Assembly (NCBI GenBank): GCA_963753905.1 | Contig: CAVWDZ010000001.1 | Location: 2,646,473-2,710,472 of the forward strand | Reading direction: 5' to 3' | Source of the DNA: an uncultured Acidimicrobiaceae bacterium | GTDB lineage: Bacteria; Actinomycetota; Acidimicrobiia; Acidimicrobiales; RAAP-2 | Length of the DNA stretch: 64,000 nucleotides | Position numbers and translations under genes: made by a program | The notes under the pieces: generated by a model | Told to the model about the DNA's origin: nothing | Seen by the model: only the letters and a program-made list of their open reading frames with translations | Database searches by the model: none | Shown: piece after piece, positions 9,128-18,364 of the stretch | Layout of the letters: each line of letters begins with the position of its first letter | Position numbering within the stretch: the first letter of the stretch is position 1

Positions 9128-9904
9128 GTGACAGTGAGATCCGACGGGGAGTACTGGCGGAGGAACGCCCTCGATTCTGAGGCTGAGCGGCTCCGCCTCC
9201 TCGAGCGGATCGCCGATCCCCGGACCGAACGACTGCTCAGCGAAGCGGGAGTCGCGCCAGGTTGGAGCTGTGCTGAATTGGGTGCAGGAGCAGGTTCGGT
9301 CGCGCGATCGCTCGCTCGACGGGTGGGTCCTGAGGGGTCGGTGCTCGCGCTCGACCTTGACACGACATTGCTCGAGGATCTCCGCTCGATCCCCCAGCTC
9401 ACGGTGAAGGAAGCCGACCTCACCACCTCCGTGCTCCCCGTCGAATCGTTCGATCTCGTCCACACCCGCAACCTCCTCATGCACCTGCCCGACCGGGATC
9501 GCATCCTGGAGGAGCTGTTCCAGGCGGTTCGACCCGGTGGGGTACTCCTTGTGGAGGAGGCCGATGGGTTTCCGGCTTCCGCGGCCACCGATGAGACGTT
9601 TCGAAGAACGTTCGAGAGGCTGACGCAGCGCTGGACGTGGGCGCGCACCCTGCCGATGCTGGTATCCGCCAAGGCCCCCGAGACCACGAGCGTCTTCGTC
9701 GAAACAGAGATGCTCCAAGGTGGCTCGGATCTAGCCGCGTTCTGGAACCACACTCTTCGATCGGCGCGCACGCTGCTGCAGCACTCAGCGCCCGGCTTGG
9801 CGGACCGAGACGTCGATCGGACGCTCGGGTTGCTCGACGACCACTCGTTCTGGACGCCCTTCATGGCCGTCGTCTGCGTGACCGCCACGAAGGGCATGCC
9901 CTGA
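9128..9904 (+). CDS. Class I SAM-dependent methyltransferase
   Basis: Motif I is CAELGAGAGSVARSLA. Downstream are LVHTRNLLMHLPD and VRPGGVLLVEE. Confidence 0.8.
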   Translation: MTVRSDGEYWRRNALDSEAERLRLLERIADPRTERLLSEAGVAPGWSCAELGAGAGSVARSLARRVGPEGSVLALDLDTTLLEDLRSIPQLTVKEADLTTSVLPVESFDLVHTRNLLMHLPDRDRILEELFQAVRPGGVLLVEEADGFPASAATDETFRRTFERLTQRWTWARTLPMLVSAKAPETTSVFVETEMLQGGSDLAAFWNHTLRSARTLLQHSAPGLADRDVDRTLGLLDDHSFWTPFMAVVCVTATKGMP

Positions 9905-9924
9905 GACGACGGTCCGCCGGGATC

Positions 9925-10268
9925 TCACCCTTCGGCCTTTCGTGCATTGCGCTCGAGGACGTTGAGCGCCCGACGAAGCACGGCGGCTTCGGAGGCCGGC
10001 AGCGTTTCGGCAAATCGGAGAAGCGCAGCATCGGTGTCACGGTCGACGGCGAGTGCTTCAATGCATCAGGACGGCGGTGTGGGCACCAGGGGTGCCAACA
10101 CCGGTGAACAGGACCGTGCGCCTCTGGAACCGGCGGTGCACGAGTCCCTTGTGGACCAGACGATCGAGGACCGTAGCCACTGTCGTGCAGGCATACTCAG
10201 GAAGTACATCGACCACGTCGCGCACCCTCAACCCGACGTCCGACCGACTCCGCGAGAACCTCCATCAT
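9925..10268 (-). pseudogene. Decayed winged-helix repressor (BlaI/CopY-like), at least two frameshifts
   Basis: Three consecutive minus-frame pieces. (1) MMEVLAESVG. (2) LRVRDVVDVLPEYACTTVATVLDRLVHKGLVHRRFQRRTVLF...LMH*. (3) IEALAVDRDTDAALLRFAETLPASEAAVLRRALNVLERNARKAEG*. The recognition-helix pattern TTVxTVLDRLxxKGLV is BlaI-like. Confidence 0.35.
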
Positions 10269-10583
10269 CGGTCATCGCCGGCCTTCGAGATCTATGCCCA
10301 CACGCAAGGGCCGCTAAACGGGCCGCCATCACCGGCTGTCCGTCACTCCGGCTGCGGGTCAGCGCTGCCTCTGCATCGAATTGTGTCGGATGAAGTTGGA
10401 CAGGGTAGAGCAGCGGTAGGGCGTATAGAGAACCAACCAATCCCACGAGCCTCGACAACGCGGCTCAACCGCTCGTGGAGTCGGCAGCATGACAGAGGGC
10501 TGCCGGGCTGGTTCAAGCCGGAAAGGAGACCGGTCAACCCGCGCAGGCGGTAAAAGGACCGTCAACAGAGTGGTGATTCAACA

Positions 10584-10949
10584 GTGAAGGCAGCCATGCG
10601 ATTCCCGATGCGAGCCGACAGCGTGTCCCACGCACGGCACTTCGTGCGGCACATGTTCAGTGTCTTCCCGAGCAGGACGGTGGAGATCGCAGAATTGCTG
10701 ACCAGCGAACTCGCGACCAACGCTGTGCTCCATGGCTGCACCGCTTTCGACGTCATCGTCAGTCAGGACGATGACGCTCTCCGGGTCGCTGTGCATGACG
10801 AGAGCAACCGGATGCCGGTCCCCCTGGCGGGGAAGCCATCGGATCCGCACGGCCGGGGCTTGTCCATGGTCGAGCTGCTCTCCGACAAGTGGGGCACGGT
10901 CCAGAACGGTCCGGGCAAAACCGTGTGGTTCGACCTCAAGATACGGTAG
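10584..10949 (+). CDS. HATPase_c-type anti-sigma regulatory factor (RsbW/SpoIIAB-like kinase)
   Basis: SVSHARHFVRHMF...ELLTSELATNAVLHG...RVAVHDES...DPHGRGLSMVELLSDKWG...GKTVWFDL carries the N, G1 and G2 box pattern. Confidence 0.75.
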   Translation: MKAAMRFPMRADSVSHARHFVRHMFSVFPSRTVEIAELLTSELATNAVLHGCTAFDVIVSQDDDALRVAVHDESNRMPVPLAGKPSDPHGRGLSMVELLSDKWGTVQNGPGKTVWFDLKIR

Positions 10950-11575
10950 GCACGACGTTGGCCCGCTCGGCAATGCATCCTGGCCAGGCTCTCCACCCGA
11001 TGAGGACGGGGCCGGTGGGCGAGACGGCAGGCCCGGCGCCCGGCCCTCCAGTGGGACGAGGGCCGCTGCCGACCGTCTTCGACCACTTCCGGGCGATCGG
11101 AGCCTCGATTCTGCCGACGAAGGACCGGACGGCCACGCCGTCGGTCAGTGCGTCCACGGGCATCCTCACTGGTTGTCGTCGCCATCTCCTCGGATGGACC
11201 GGTTCTGTCGATCCGGATGGCGCACCACACGGTCTTGCCGGAACCGTCGTCGTTGTCGGCCATGCCCCACTCGTCCGAGAGCTCCTTCACGATCTGCAGG
11301 CCCCTGCCGTGAGGATCACTCGATGCAGGTGACTGGAGCGCCGGCTCGCCGCCACCCATATCGCTCACGGCAATCCTGACCCAGTCCGCAGTCCGGTCGA
11401 CGCTGACTTCGAACCCCGTGACGGCGTGCACGATGGCATTGGTGGCGAGCTCGGACATCATCAGAATTGCGGACTCACGGAGCTCGTCGGGCAGGTCGGT
11501 GACTGCGTCCAACACGAACTGACGGCTTGCGGCCACCGACCTCCGGTTCAAGCCGAACGAGCGCCGAATCGTCAC
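10936..11575 (-). CDS. Second HATPase_c-type anti-sigma regulatory factor; reading frame probably switches near 11170
   Basis: The N-terminal 125 aa read SVAASRQFVLDAV...MMSELATNAIVHA...IAVSDMGGG...DPHGRGLQIVKELSDEWG...GKTVWCAI. The formal ORF runs on to 10763. After ~11170 its third-position G+C falls to roughly half in a 20-codon sample, while the +1 frame (ORF 10936..11169) shows about 85 percent. Confidence 0.6.
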
Positions 11576-11895
11576 GGTTCGAGTCCGAGTACCTCGACAA
11601 GCCCTGTCGCCTCGATGACCCTGCGCACGATGGGCCTGACGTTGCGAACTTTCACGTTGCCAACCCTCTTGGAGACCTGCAGCATCATGGCGATTCCGGA
11701 GCTGTCCATGAACGTCACACCCCCCAGATCGAACACGATCCGTTCGGGGTTCCCGTTCACTGCCTCGTCAATGGTCTCGTGCACCGACTCGACGCTGGCC
11801 AGATCGAGCTCGCCGGCGATGGACAACGTCAGGACGCCGGAAGTGTCCCGGTGCCCCTCGACCCTGGCCGCTCCGCTGTCCCCTACTGCTGCCAT
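11572..11895 (-). CDS. STAS-domain anti-sigma-factor antagonist
   Basis: VLTLSIAGELDLASVESVHETIDEAV...IVFDLGGVTFMDSSGIAMML. It has an ATGA overlap with the downstream HATPase gene. Confidence 0.85.
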   Translation of the reverse strand: MAAVGDSGAARVEGHRDTSGVLTLSIAGELDLASVESVHETIDEAVNGNPERIVFDLGGVTFMDSSGIAMMLQVSKRVGNVKVRNVRPIVRRVIEATGLVEVLGLEP

Positions 11896-13523
11896 CGGAG
11901 CCCCAAGATGGCGATGTCGTCGTCCGAGCCGTCCGGCGTCAGGTCGGCGACCACGTCGGAGAGGACCCGATCCAACGAACGGTGGTCGCTCCCGATCACC
12001 GACCGCCGAAGATCGTCGAGCCCGACATCGAGTACCTGACCCCTTCGTTCGACCAGGCCGTCCGTAAAGGCCACGAGGGTGCAGTCATCCGGAATCCGGA
12101 TGGAGGTCGACGGATAGACGGCGGCGGAGACGGTGCCGATAGGTGGCCCGACAGTCAATTCCACGAAGCCGCCTTCCCTGTGGCTGACCAGGAGCGGAGG
12201 GAGATGCCCCGCACTCGACAATGCTACCTCGCGTCGGTCCTGGTCGACACGACCGCAGAGGACCGTCGCGAAATGGCCGTCCCGCCCGACATCGAGGAGT
12301 GCGGACAGTTTCGTCAGGATCTGGCCGGGTGGGTCGCCTTGGGCTACGTACGCGCGGATGGCATAGTGCAGCGAGGCCATCACGATCGCGGCCTGGACTC
12401 CCCTGCCCGAGACGTCGCCGACCACGAAGACGAAGTCTCCGTCGGAGGAGGCGATCACATCGAACCAATCGCCCCCGATCTCCATCACGTCCAGGCCGGC
12501 CTCGTACCGCGTGGCGATCTCCACCCCGGGGATCTCGGGGATAATCCCCGGAAGGAGCGCACGCTGCAACGATTCCGCAAGGCCCTGCTGCTCGCCGTAG
12601 AGCCGCCGGTTCTCCTCGGCCAGGAGCTCGGCGGACTTGCGGCGACGGACCAGTCGCTCGGTGATGACCGCCGCACCGAAGGCCAACACCACACCGACGA
12701 GGATGACGATCGCCGTAAGCCGGCGGGACAGGCTCCCACCGAGGGGTTGGGTGGGCGTGCCCACGAGGGTCAGGTGGGTGTTGGCGAACTGGATCGTCGT
12801 CGTCGCTGTCCGGCCACCGATCGGCAATTGGTTGGTGGTGGCTTCCAACAGCTCTTGTTGCTGTGCGCCCTCTCCGAGGTAAAGGGCGAAATTCAGATTC
12901 GCGAATGAGGACCCGGACAGCGAGATGTGGTGATTGGGGGGAAGGAGGTACTCTGCATAGACTCCGAGCGGCGGTACGCTGCCGGGCGAGGCGTACCAGA
13001 GGCCGACCCGGCTCCCCTGATCGACGAGCCCCTCGACCGAGAACCCCGGCGGGGTGTGCGGTTCATGCAACCGGTCACACTGAGCCGGCCCCTGCTCCTT
13101 GGCCGTCGGGCTCGGGGTTCCGACCGAGGCGAGCACCACCGGGACACCGGCTTGTTCACCGCACAGAGCGACGTAGCCGAAGACGCCGTTACTCACGCTA
13201 GAAGAGATGACCCGGGTGAACGGGGCGATCTGGCCACCGGTAACCATTGCGATCGCGGCTCCGGTCGCCAGGGGCGAGTCGAGGGACGGGAGCAACTCGG
13301 CTACCACGGTCCCCGCCTGGTCCACCTGCTCCTGCAACAAGCGGTTTTCGTTCCGATCGTTGACGGTGGCGGTGACGAATGCGAGGACCCCGGTGACCAG
13401 CAGTCCTGCGACCAGCACCAGGACCGTGATCAGCGCCGGACCCCTCCCCAGGCGCTTCGGCCCACCGTGCGGAGAGGGGTCGGACCCTTCGTCGCTCGAG
13501 CCGTTTCCGATTGCACTCACCAT
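11883..13523 (-). CDS. Membrane-anchored PP2C/SpoIIE-family serine phosphatase (RsbU-like)
   Basis: There is an N-terminal TM segment (ALITVLVLVAGLLVTGVLAFV), an extracytoplasmic region and a second TM segment. The phosphatase domain reads GGDWFDV...FVVGDVSGRGVQAAIVM...LVAFTDGLVERRG. Confidence 0.85.
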   Translation of the reverse strand: MVSAIGNGSSDEGSDPSPHGGPKRLGRGPALITVLVLVAGLLVTGVLAFVTATVNDRNENRLLQEQVDQAGTVVAELLPSLDSPLATGAAIAMVTGGQIAPFTRVISSSVSNGVFGYVALCGEQAGVPVVLASVGTPSPTAKEQGPAQCDRLHEPHTPPGFSVEGLVDQGSRVGLWYASPGSVPPLGVYAEYLLPPNHHISLSGSSFANLNFALYLGEGAQQQELLEATTNQLPIGGRTATTTIQFANTHLTLVGTPTQPLGGSLSRRLTAIVILVGVVLAFGAAVITERLVRRRKSAELLAEENRRLYGEQQGLAESLQRALLPGIIPEIPGVEIATRYEAGLDVMEIGGDWFDVIASSDGDFVFVVGDVSGRGVQAAIVMASLHYAIRAYVAQGDPPGQILTKLSALLDVGRDGHFATVLCGRVDQDRREVALSSAGHLPPLLVSHREGGFVELTVGPPIGTVSAAVYPSTSIRIPDDCTLVAFTDGLVERRGQVLDVGLDDLRRSVIGSDHRSLDRVLSDVVADLTPDGSDDDIAILGLRWQQ

Positions 13524-13640
13524 TGGTCGGCGACGTCGCCGGGCCTTCTGGTGACCCCCCTGAGCCAGCGCATTCCATACGGTACAGGCTGAATCACGCG
13601 CGGCGGCGAGGGCACCCCGGTCATTCGTCGTTCCGTGCGC

Positions 13641-14387
13641 TCAGGACTCGGCCGCGAATGCTTCCCGGAGCTTCGCCAAGCTGACCGTCAGCAGTCGCGA
13701 GACGTGCATCTGGCTGATGCCGATCCGGTCGGCGATCTCCGACTGGGTCAACCCCTCCACGAACCGTAGGTTGAGGATGGTCCGTTCCCGTTCCTTCAGG
13801 TCGGCGAGCGAGATCGCGAGCAGCAGGCGGTCCTCGGCACCGGCGAAGCCACTGTCCATATCGCCCAGCCGGGTCGAGATGCTGCCGTCCTGACGGTCGG
13901 GAGCGTCGATCGACAAGATCCGATAGCTCTGTCCGGCCTCGATGGCCTCGAGCACCGCTTCCTCGGTGGATCCGATCGACTCGGCCATCTCGGACACGGT
14001 GGGGGGCCGACCCAGCCGCTGGGTGAGTGACTCGGTGGCAGGACCGAGCTCGAGGTAGAGCTCCTGGACCCGCCTCGGAGCTCGGATCGACCAGCCCCTG
14101 TCCCGAAAATGCCGTTTGAGCTCGCCGATCACCGTCCGGGTCGCGAACGTGCTGAACTCCACCCCCCGCTCAGGGTCGAAGCGGTCGACCGCCTTCACCA
14201 GCGCCAGTGAAGCAACCTGGACCAGATCGTCGTAGGCCTCCCCCCGGCTGACGAACCGCCGGGCGAGCTGATGGGCCAGTCCCAGGTGGGACTCGACGAG
14301 GTCGTTCCGCTGGCGCTCGTCCCGTGTGTGGGCGAACTCGACGAACTGCTCTCGTGCGTCCCGGGTTGGCTGGCCGGGAGATGCCAT
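13641..14387 (-). CDS. SigB/SigF-type group 3 RNA polymerase sigma factor
   Basis: Region 2 is DDLVQVASLALVKAVDRFDPERGVEFSTFATRTVIGELKRHFRD. Region 4.2 is LTQSEIADRIGISQMHVSRL. The ATG at 14387 shares a base with the anti-sigma stop. The longest ORF starts at 14423. Confidence 0.9.
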   Translation of the reverse strand: MASPGQPTRDAREQFVEFAHTRDERQRNDLVESHLGLAHQLARRFVSRGEAYDDLVQVASLALVKAVDRFDPERGVEFSTFATRTVIGELKRHFRDRGWSIRAPRRVQELYLELGPATESLTQRLGRPPTVSEMAESIGSTEEAVLEAIEAGQSYRILSIDAPDRQDGSISTRLGDMDSGFAGAEDRLLLAISLADLKERERTILNLRFVEGLTQSEIADRIGISQMHVSRLLTVSLAKLREAFAAES

Positions 14388-14818
14388 CACGAATTTTGCC
14401 GAACCCGACGTTTGCGCAGCCACGCCCGCGCCTGTCCGTCTTCGTCACCGTGGCCGTGCTCGTCGACAAGGGCATCGAGGATGCGCTCGGAGAGGCCGTC
14501 AGCGGTGGGCATCAAGGGACCGGTGGACCGCTCTCCCGATGCGGGCAGGTAGCAGCAGGAGACCTTGACCTCGTCATCGTCCCACGTGAATCGGAGCGTC
14601 AGCCTTCCGTCGGTTCGGTCGTGGACCATCGAGATGCACAGCTCGTCGACCGCCAGGCGGAGATCCTCGATCTCCTCCACATCGAAGTTGGAACGAGACG
14701 CGACTGTAGAGGCTGTGAGGCGGGCCAGAACGAATAGGTCGGCAGTCACGGGGAAGCTCAGCTCGACGATGTCGGTCACTGGTCGAACTCCCGGTTCGGT
14801 CGGCAGGTAGCGGCTCAT
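14387..14818 (-). CDS. Anti-sigma factor, RsbW/UsfX-like
   Basis: ATG at 14818 overlaps the STAS stop as ATGA. VELSFPVTADLFVLARLTASTVASRSNFDVEEIEDLRLAVDELC resembles actinobacterial anti-SigF. Its position between the STAS gene and the sigma gene fits this call. Confidence 0.8.
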   Translation of the reverse strand: MSRYLPTEPGVRPVTDIVELSFPVTADLFVLARLTASTVASRSNFDVEEIEDLRLAVDELCISMVHDRTDGRLTLRFTWDDDEVKVSCCYLPASGERSTGPLMPTADGLSERILDALVDEHGHGDEDGQARAWLRKRRVRQNS

Positions 14819-15156
14819 CCCACGATTGCCTGGTCGCGGCTCGAGCGGATGTCGAAGAATTCGATGAGCCCGGTGATCTCGAAGATCTTGAGAATCCGCG
14901 GCTCGGACACGGCGATCCTCATCGTTTCCCCCGCACCATCGCAGAGCTTCTTCGTCTCGATGAGTACCCCGAGTGCTGTCGAGTCGAGGAACGTGACCCC
15001 GGTCAAATCCGCGACCACGGTCGGGAATCCTTCGGCAACGGCTTCTCCCAAGCGGTCCCGGAGCTGGGGGGCGGTCGCCACATCGACCTCTCCGACGACC
15101 GACACGAGGGCGTACCCGCTGCCGCTCTCCTTGGAAACCTCGAACGTCGCCTCCAT
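14815..15156 (-). CDS. STAS-domain anti-anti-sigma factor (RsbV-like)
   Basis: ATG at 15156 has GGGGAGGAG 9 to 11 nt upstream. YALVSVVGEVDVATAPQLRDRL...VVADLTGVTFLDSTALGVLI. Longer starts at 15192 or 15255 are possible. Confidence 0.85.
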   Translation of the reverse strand: MEATFEVSKESGSGYALVSVVGEVDVATAPQLRDRLGEAVAEGFPTVVADLTGVTFLDSTALGVLIETKKLCDGAGETMRIAVSEPRILKIFEITGLIEFFDIRSSRDQAIVG

Positions 15157-15529
15157 GTGCCTCGACTCCTCCCCCGACTCGAAGTCGTCCATCGCTCCGG
15201 CGCCGGCACACCTGCCCAACGGCCTCAGCCGACTGCTGCCGACCTTCGGCCGCAAGACGGGCGCATTGCCATCGGCCCCAAGGTGTCGGGACTATCGGCA
15301 TTTGCCCACCTCGACAATACTTCGACTCAGATCCCGGCGGGCGGGCGTGCCCTGTTCCTGGCACCCCTCCTGTCAGGTCGCCCCGCCCGGCTCACCACTC
15401 CGCTCCGTCACGGGTCGTGACGAGTACCCCTATATGGGGCGTCGCAGAAGCCCGGGAGGCGTCTGGCTGGCGACTGGCCACCAGGGTGTGCGGACCGGAC
15501 GTGCAGCCTTCGTCCGGAGCGCCACCCCC

Positions 15530-15841
15530 CTACTGCCATTGTCGATCGCCGGCATGGACGCCCTGCCAGCGGTTTGCAATTCGCCGGTGGAGGGAGACCG
15601 GGGCCACGGTTCGGGACCCGTTGTCCCAGACCAGCCCTGCCGATACCAGATGAGCGTCCGCGGTTGCCTTGTACTCGGTGAGTGAGGAGGTCAACGCGTC
15701 GCTCGATTCAGTGACGCCCCGACGGAACGAGGAAAACGAGTCAGCGACCGCTGTAGCGAAGCCGCGTTCGAGGTCCCGGCAATTGTGGCTCACCAACTCG
15801 ACGGCGCACGTCTGGGCATTTCGGGTGCCGGCAGCTCCCAA
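15530..15841 (-). CDS. Mce-associated membrane protein (Mas) C-terminal domain, truncated or degenerate copy
   Basis: AVELVSHNCRDLERGFATAVADSFSSFRRGVTESSDALTSSLTEYKATADAHLVSAGLV aligns by eye with AVQLASYDYRHLDRDFAIVAGNTTSSFRRSFTQSSDALKSTLLKFKATATASVVSAGLV of the gene at 19351..20223. It has only a TTG start and no TM segment in frame. Confidence 0.4.
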   Translation of the reverse strand: MGAAGTRNAQTCAVELVSHNCRDLERGFATAVADSFSSFRRGVTESSDALTSSLTEYKATADAHLVSAGLVWDNGSRTVAPVSLHRRIANRWQGVHAGDRQWQ

Positions 15842-16362
15842 GAGCTCGAGACGAACCGATCGTCCGACCGGACACCGCGTCGACGTTCCCGTTGTCGAAA
15901 AGGACGGTCATCCAGTTTCATCGGACTCGTCCGAGGTTCACTGCGTGGCAGTCGGCGACCATGGCGACGTGATCGTCGGAACGTCGTTCGGAACCCGAGC
16001 CTCTGCGAGACGGGCGTCGGCCCGGGGGGCAGGGGGGGCGCCCCCCGGGCCGAGAATGAAATCCTCGGAATCCGCCGCATCCGTTAGGTTCTCGGGAGCG
16101 ACCGGCCAGGCCGCTTGTTGCCGCCAGGTTCGATCCGTGCGGCACCAGGCTCGCCATGGTGGGAGTGGTGACGGGCGCGACAGCCACCAAGCCGACCGCC
16201 CCCACCGCCGGCTCCACACCCGATCATTCATGGTGAATACCGTCCGCGCCTTCATGGCGCAGCACGGATGGGCGGTGCAGAGTGCACCGCCCATCCGTGT
16301 CGATGCGGTTCGCGGTTCGCCGGTACACAAGCTGTGCACGTGCGACACCGCTCATTGCGGGT

Positions 16363-16935
16363 TTACCACGGAGGCGCTCCAGGAGCCGGGCTGAACACTT
16401 CGATGGCGCTGGTCGTGGCGGTCGTGCTGGTGCACCCGGTTCCCTTGGTCGGGACCGGCTTGTTGGTGACCGTGTCGGTGTTCTTGTCGTTGTAGGTGCC
16501 GACCACCTTGACCGCTGCGGTCGGGGCTGCCGTAATCGTGCATCCGGACAGGATGCTCGACTTGAAGGTGGCTCCGTCCTTCGGAACGAGGAGGGTCATC
16601 GTTGTCGATGACATTGTCAGCGTCCAGGTCCCCGAGGTCTTGATGGTGTCGGTCCCACCCGACGAGTCGGTGCACCCTTTGATGGTCGGTGGGACCGTAG
16701 CCTTCATGGTGTCGGACGCGGGGCTCGGGACCTTGCCAGTGGCGGTGAACGTGGTGCACGAGACCGTGATCGGGACAGAGTCGATGTCGCCCTTGAAGGT
16801 CACCTTTGTTCCGGTCTTCAGCTTCGCGGTGATCGTCGTTCCTGCGGGCTGGGATGCGAAGGCTGCCGTGGTGACGCCGAACGCGAGCGCCCCTGACGCC
16901 ACGATGGCGACGATTGTCTTGGTCAGTCTTGACAT
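16363..16935 (-). CDS. Exported Thr/Ser-rich protein of unknown function
   Basis: ATG at 16935 follows AAGGAA. The signal peptide is MSRLTKTIVAIVASGALAFGVTTAAFA / SQ. The mature part is beta-rich with 4 Cys. Confidence 0.7.
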   Translation of the reverse strand: MSRLTKTIVAIVASGALAFGVTTAAFASQPAGTTITAKLKTGTKVTFKGDIDSVPITVSCTTFTATGKVPSPASDTMKATVPPTIKGCTDSSGGTDTIKTSGTWTLTMSSTTMTLLVPKDGATFKSSILSGCTITAAPTAAVKVVGTYNDKNTDTVTNKPVPTKGTGCTSTTATTSAIEVFSPAPGAPPW

Positions 16936-17068
16936 GGTTGGGTGTTCCTTTCTTGTTTCTCTTTCTGGTTGTTTGATGAGTGACACGATGGTCTGGGCCT
17001 CCTTGGTGTTGTCTGCTTGTACTGAGACTCTCTCGCCCAATCGGCAATGGACGCGTCGGTTGCATGGA

Positions 17069-17959
17069 CTAAGGAACCGGTTGGTAGAGCGAGGCGGTGA
17101 CCGGCAGCGACGCGCTGGCATGTCCCGCCGACAGCGGCAGGCCGGCGATCATGTCGACATTGGCGGCCACTGCGGCCGGACACGTCGGCGAGGGTTGCAC
17201 CGTCGGAACATCGACTCCATTGCTCGTCAGTGTGGCGGTCGTATCCGTGAGTGGCCCGGTCACGGTTCCGGTCAAGGGGATCGTCACGGGCCCGATCGTG
17301 CAGGACACCCCGAACAGCGGCGCTGTGTTCCCACTCACGTTGGCGTCGAGATCAACGGACAGACCGTTCTGGGAGGATGTGCAGGCGAACCCTCCGTTGA
17401 TCGTCCCCGGGTTGGCGGCGAACCCGATGGTCGGCGTCATTCCCGGAACCAACGTGAGCGCAACCGACATGGCGCCATAGACCTGTCCGTCGGTCGGTGA
17501 GTGGACGCTTCCCGTCGCCCCGCAGGGTGGCGTTCCGGTCACCAGGGTCACGAGTCCGCAGAACGTGGCGTTGATTCCAGCAACCGAGGCGGACGGTGTG
17601 TCCAGGGCTCCGTTGGTTGCCGTTCCCACCAGCCCGAGCTCGTAAGGGGCGGTCGGAGGTCCGGAGGGGTTGGGCACGCAGTCGTCGGGCAGGTTGGAGG
17701 GGTCCGACGCGAGCCTCTTCGTGGCGTTGCTTCCCACCGAGTCCCGGTCGACCAGCCGGATCGCCGATGCCGTGCGGACGACAGTTGCGGTCCGTACTCC
17801 GGCCACCGGCCCGCCCGACCCTCCCACCGGCCCGACAAACGCCACCAGCAGCGACCCGACGACTACGAGGATCGAGGCGCCGACAACGATCGCCCCGCAT
17901 CGGTTCCCCCGCAGTACGGCTGCGCCCCTCAGCCGTGACCCGTCGGTTGCTTGTCGCAC
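17069..17959 (-). CDS. Membrane-anchored exported protein of unknown function
   Basis: GTG at 17959 follows GGAAGGGGGAAGGGGGAAG. It has one N-terminal TM segment (CGAIVVGASILVVVGSLLVAFV), then a Gly/Thr/Pro-rich domain with paired Cys. Confidence 0.6.
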   Translation of the reverse strand: MRQATDGSRLRGAAVLRGNRCGAIVVGASILVVVGSLLVAFVGPVGGSGGPVAGVRTATVVRTASAIRLVDRDSVGSNATKRLASDPSNLPDDCVPNPSGPPTAPYELGLVGTATNGALDTPSASVAGINATFCGLVTLVTGTPPCGATGSVHSPTDGQVYGAMSVALTLVPGMTPTIGFAANPGTINGGFACTSSQNGLSVDLDANVSGNTAPLFGVSCTIGPVTIPLTGTVTGPLTDTTATLTSNGVDVPTVQPSPTCPAAVAANVDMIAGLPLSAGHASASLPVTASLYQPVP

Positions 17960-18364
17960 CTTCCCCCTTCCCCCTTCCGGCACTTGCGCTGGAGCAGCGC
18001 ACTGTGGTGACTCGTCGGCGGTTACTCGTCGGTCATATTCCCGGTCCGGTCGAGCCCCAAACCTCAAATGGAGAGCGGGTGAGCCGTTTGCCGGTGGTGT
18101 CTGAGTTCATGCCACAAGCCGCGTGCTCCGGGTTGTTGCCGGTGAGCTCAGCCACACGAACGGTCGGAGCTACTCTGGGCGCCGCACTCGAACATGCCAG
18201 ACGCGCTGACGTCTCGCTGTCCGCGCTCGTGGCCGTCACCGACGACCGATGCCAGGTCCGAGGGACGACGGGCGCGCGGTCATGCAGACGACAGTCCAAT
18301 GCGGCGGTCCGCATGACAGCGTCACCATTGACAGCATCGGACCGGGGCCGGTGAGCCCCAACCG

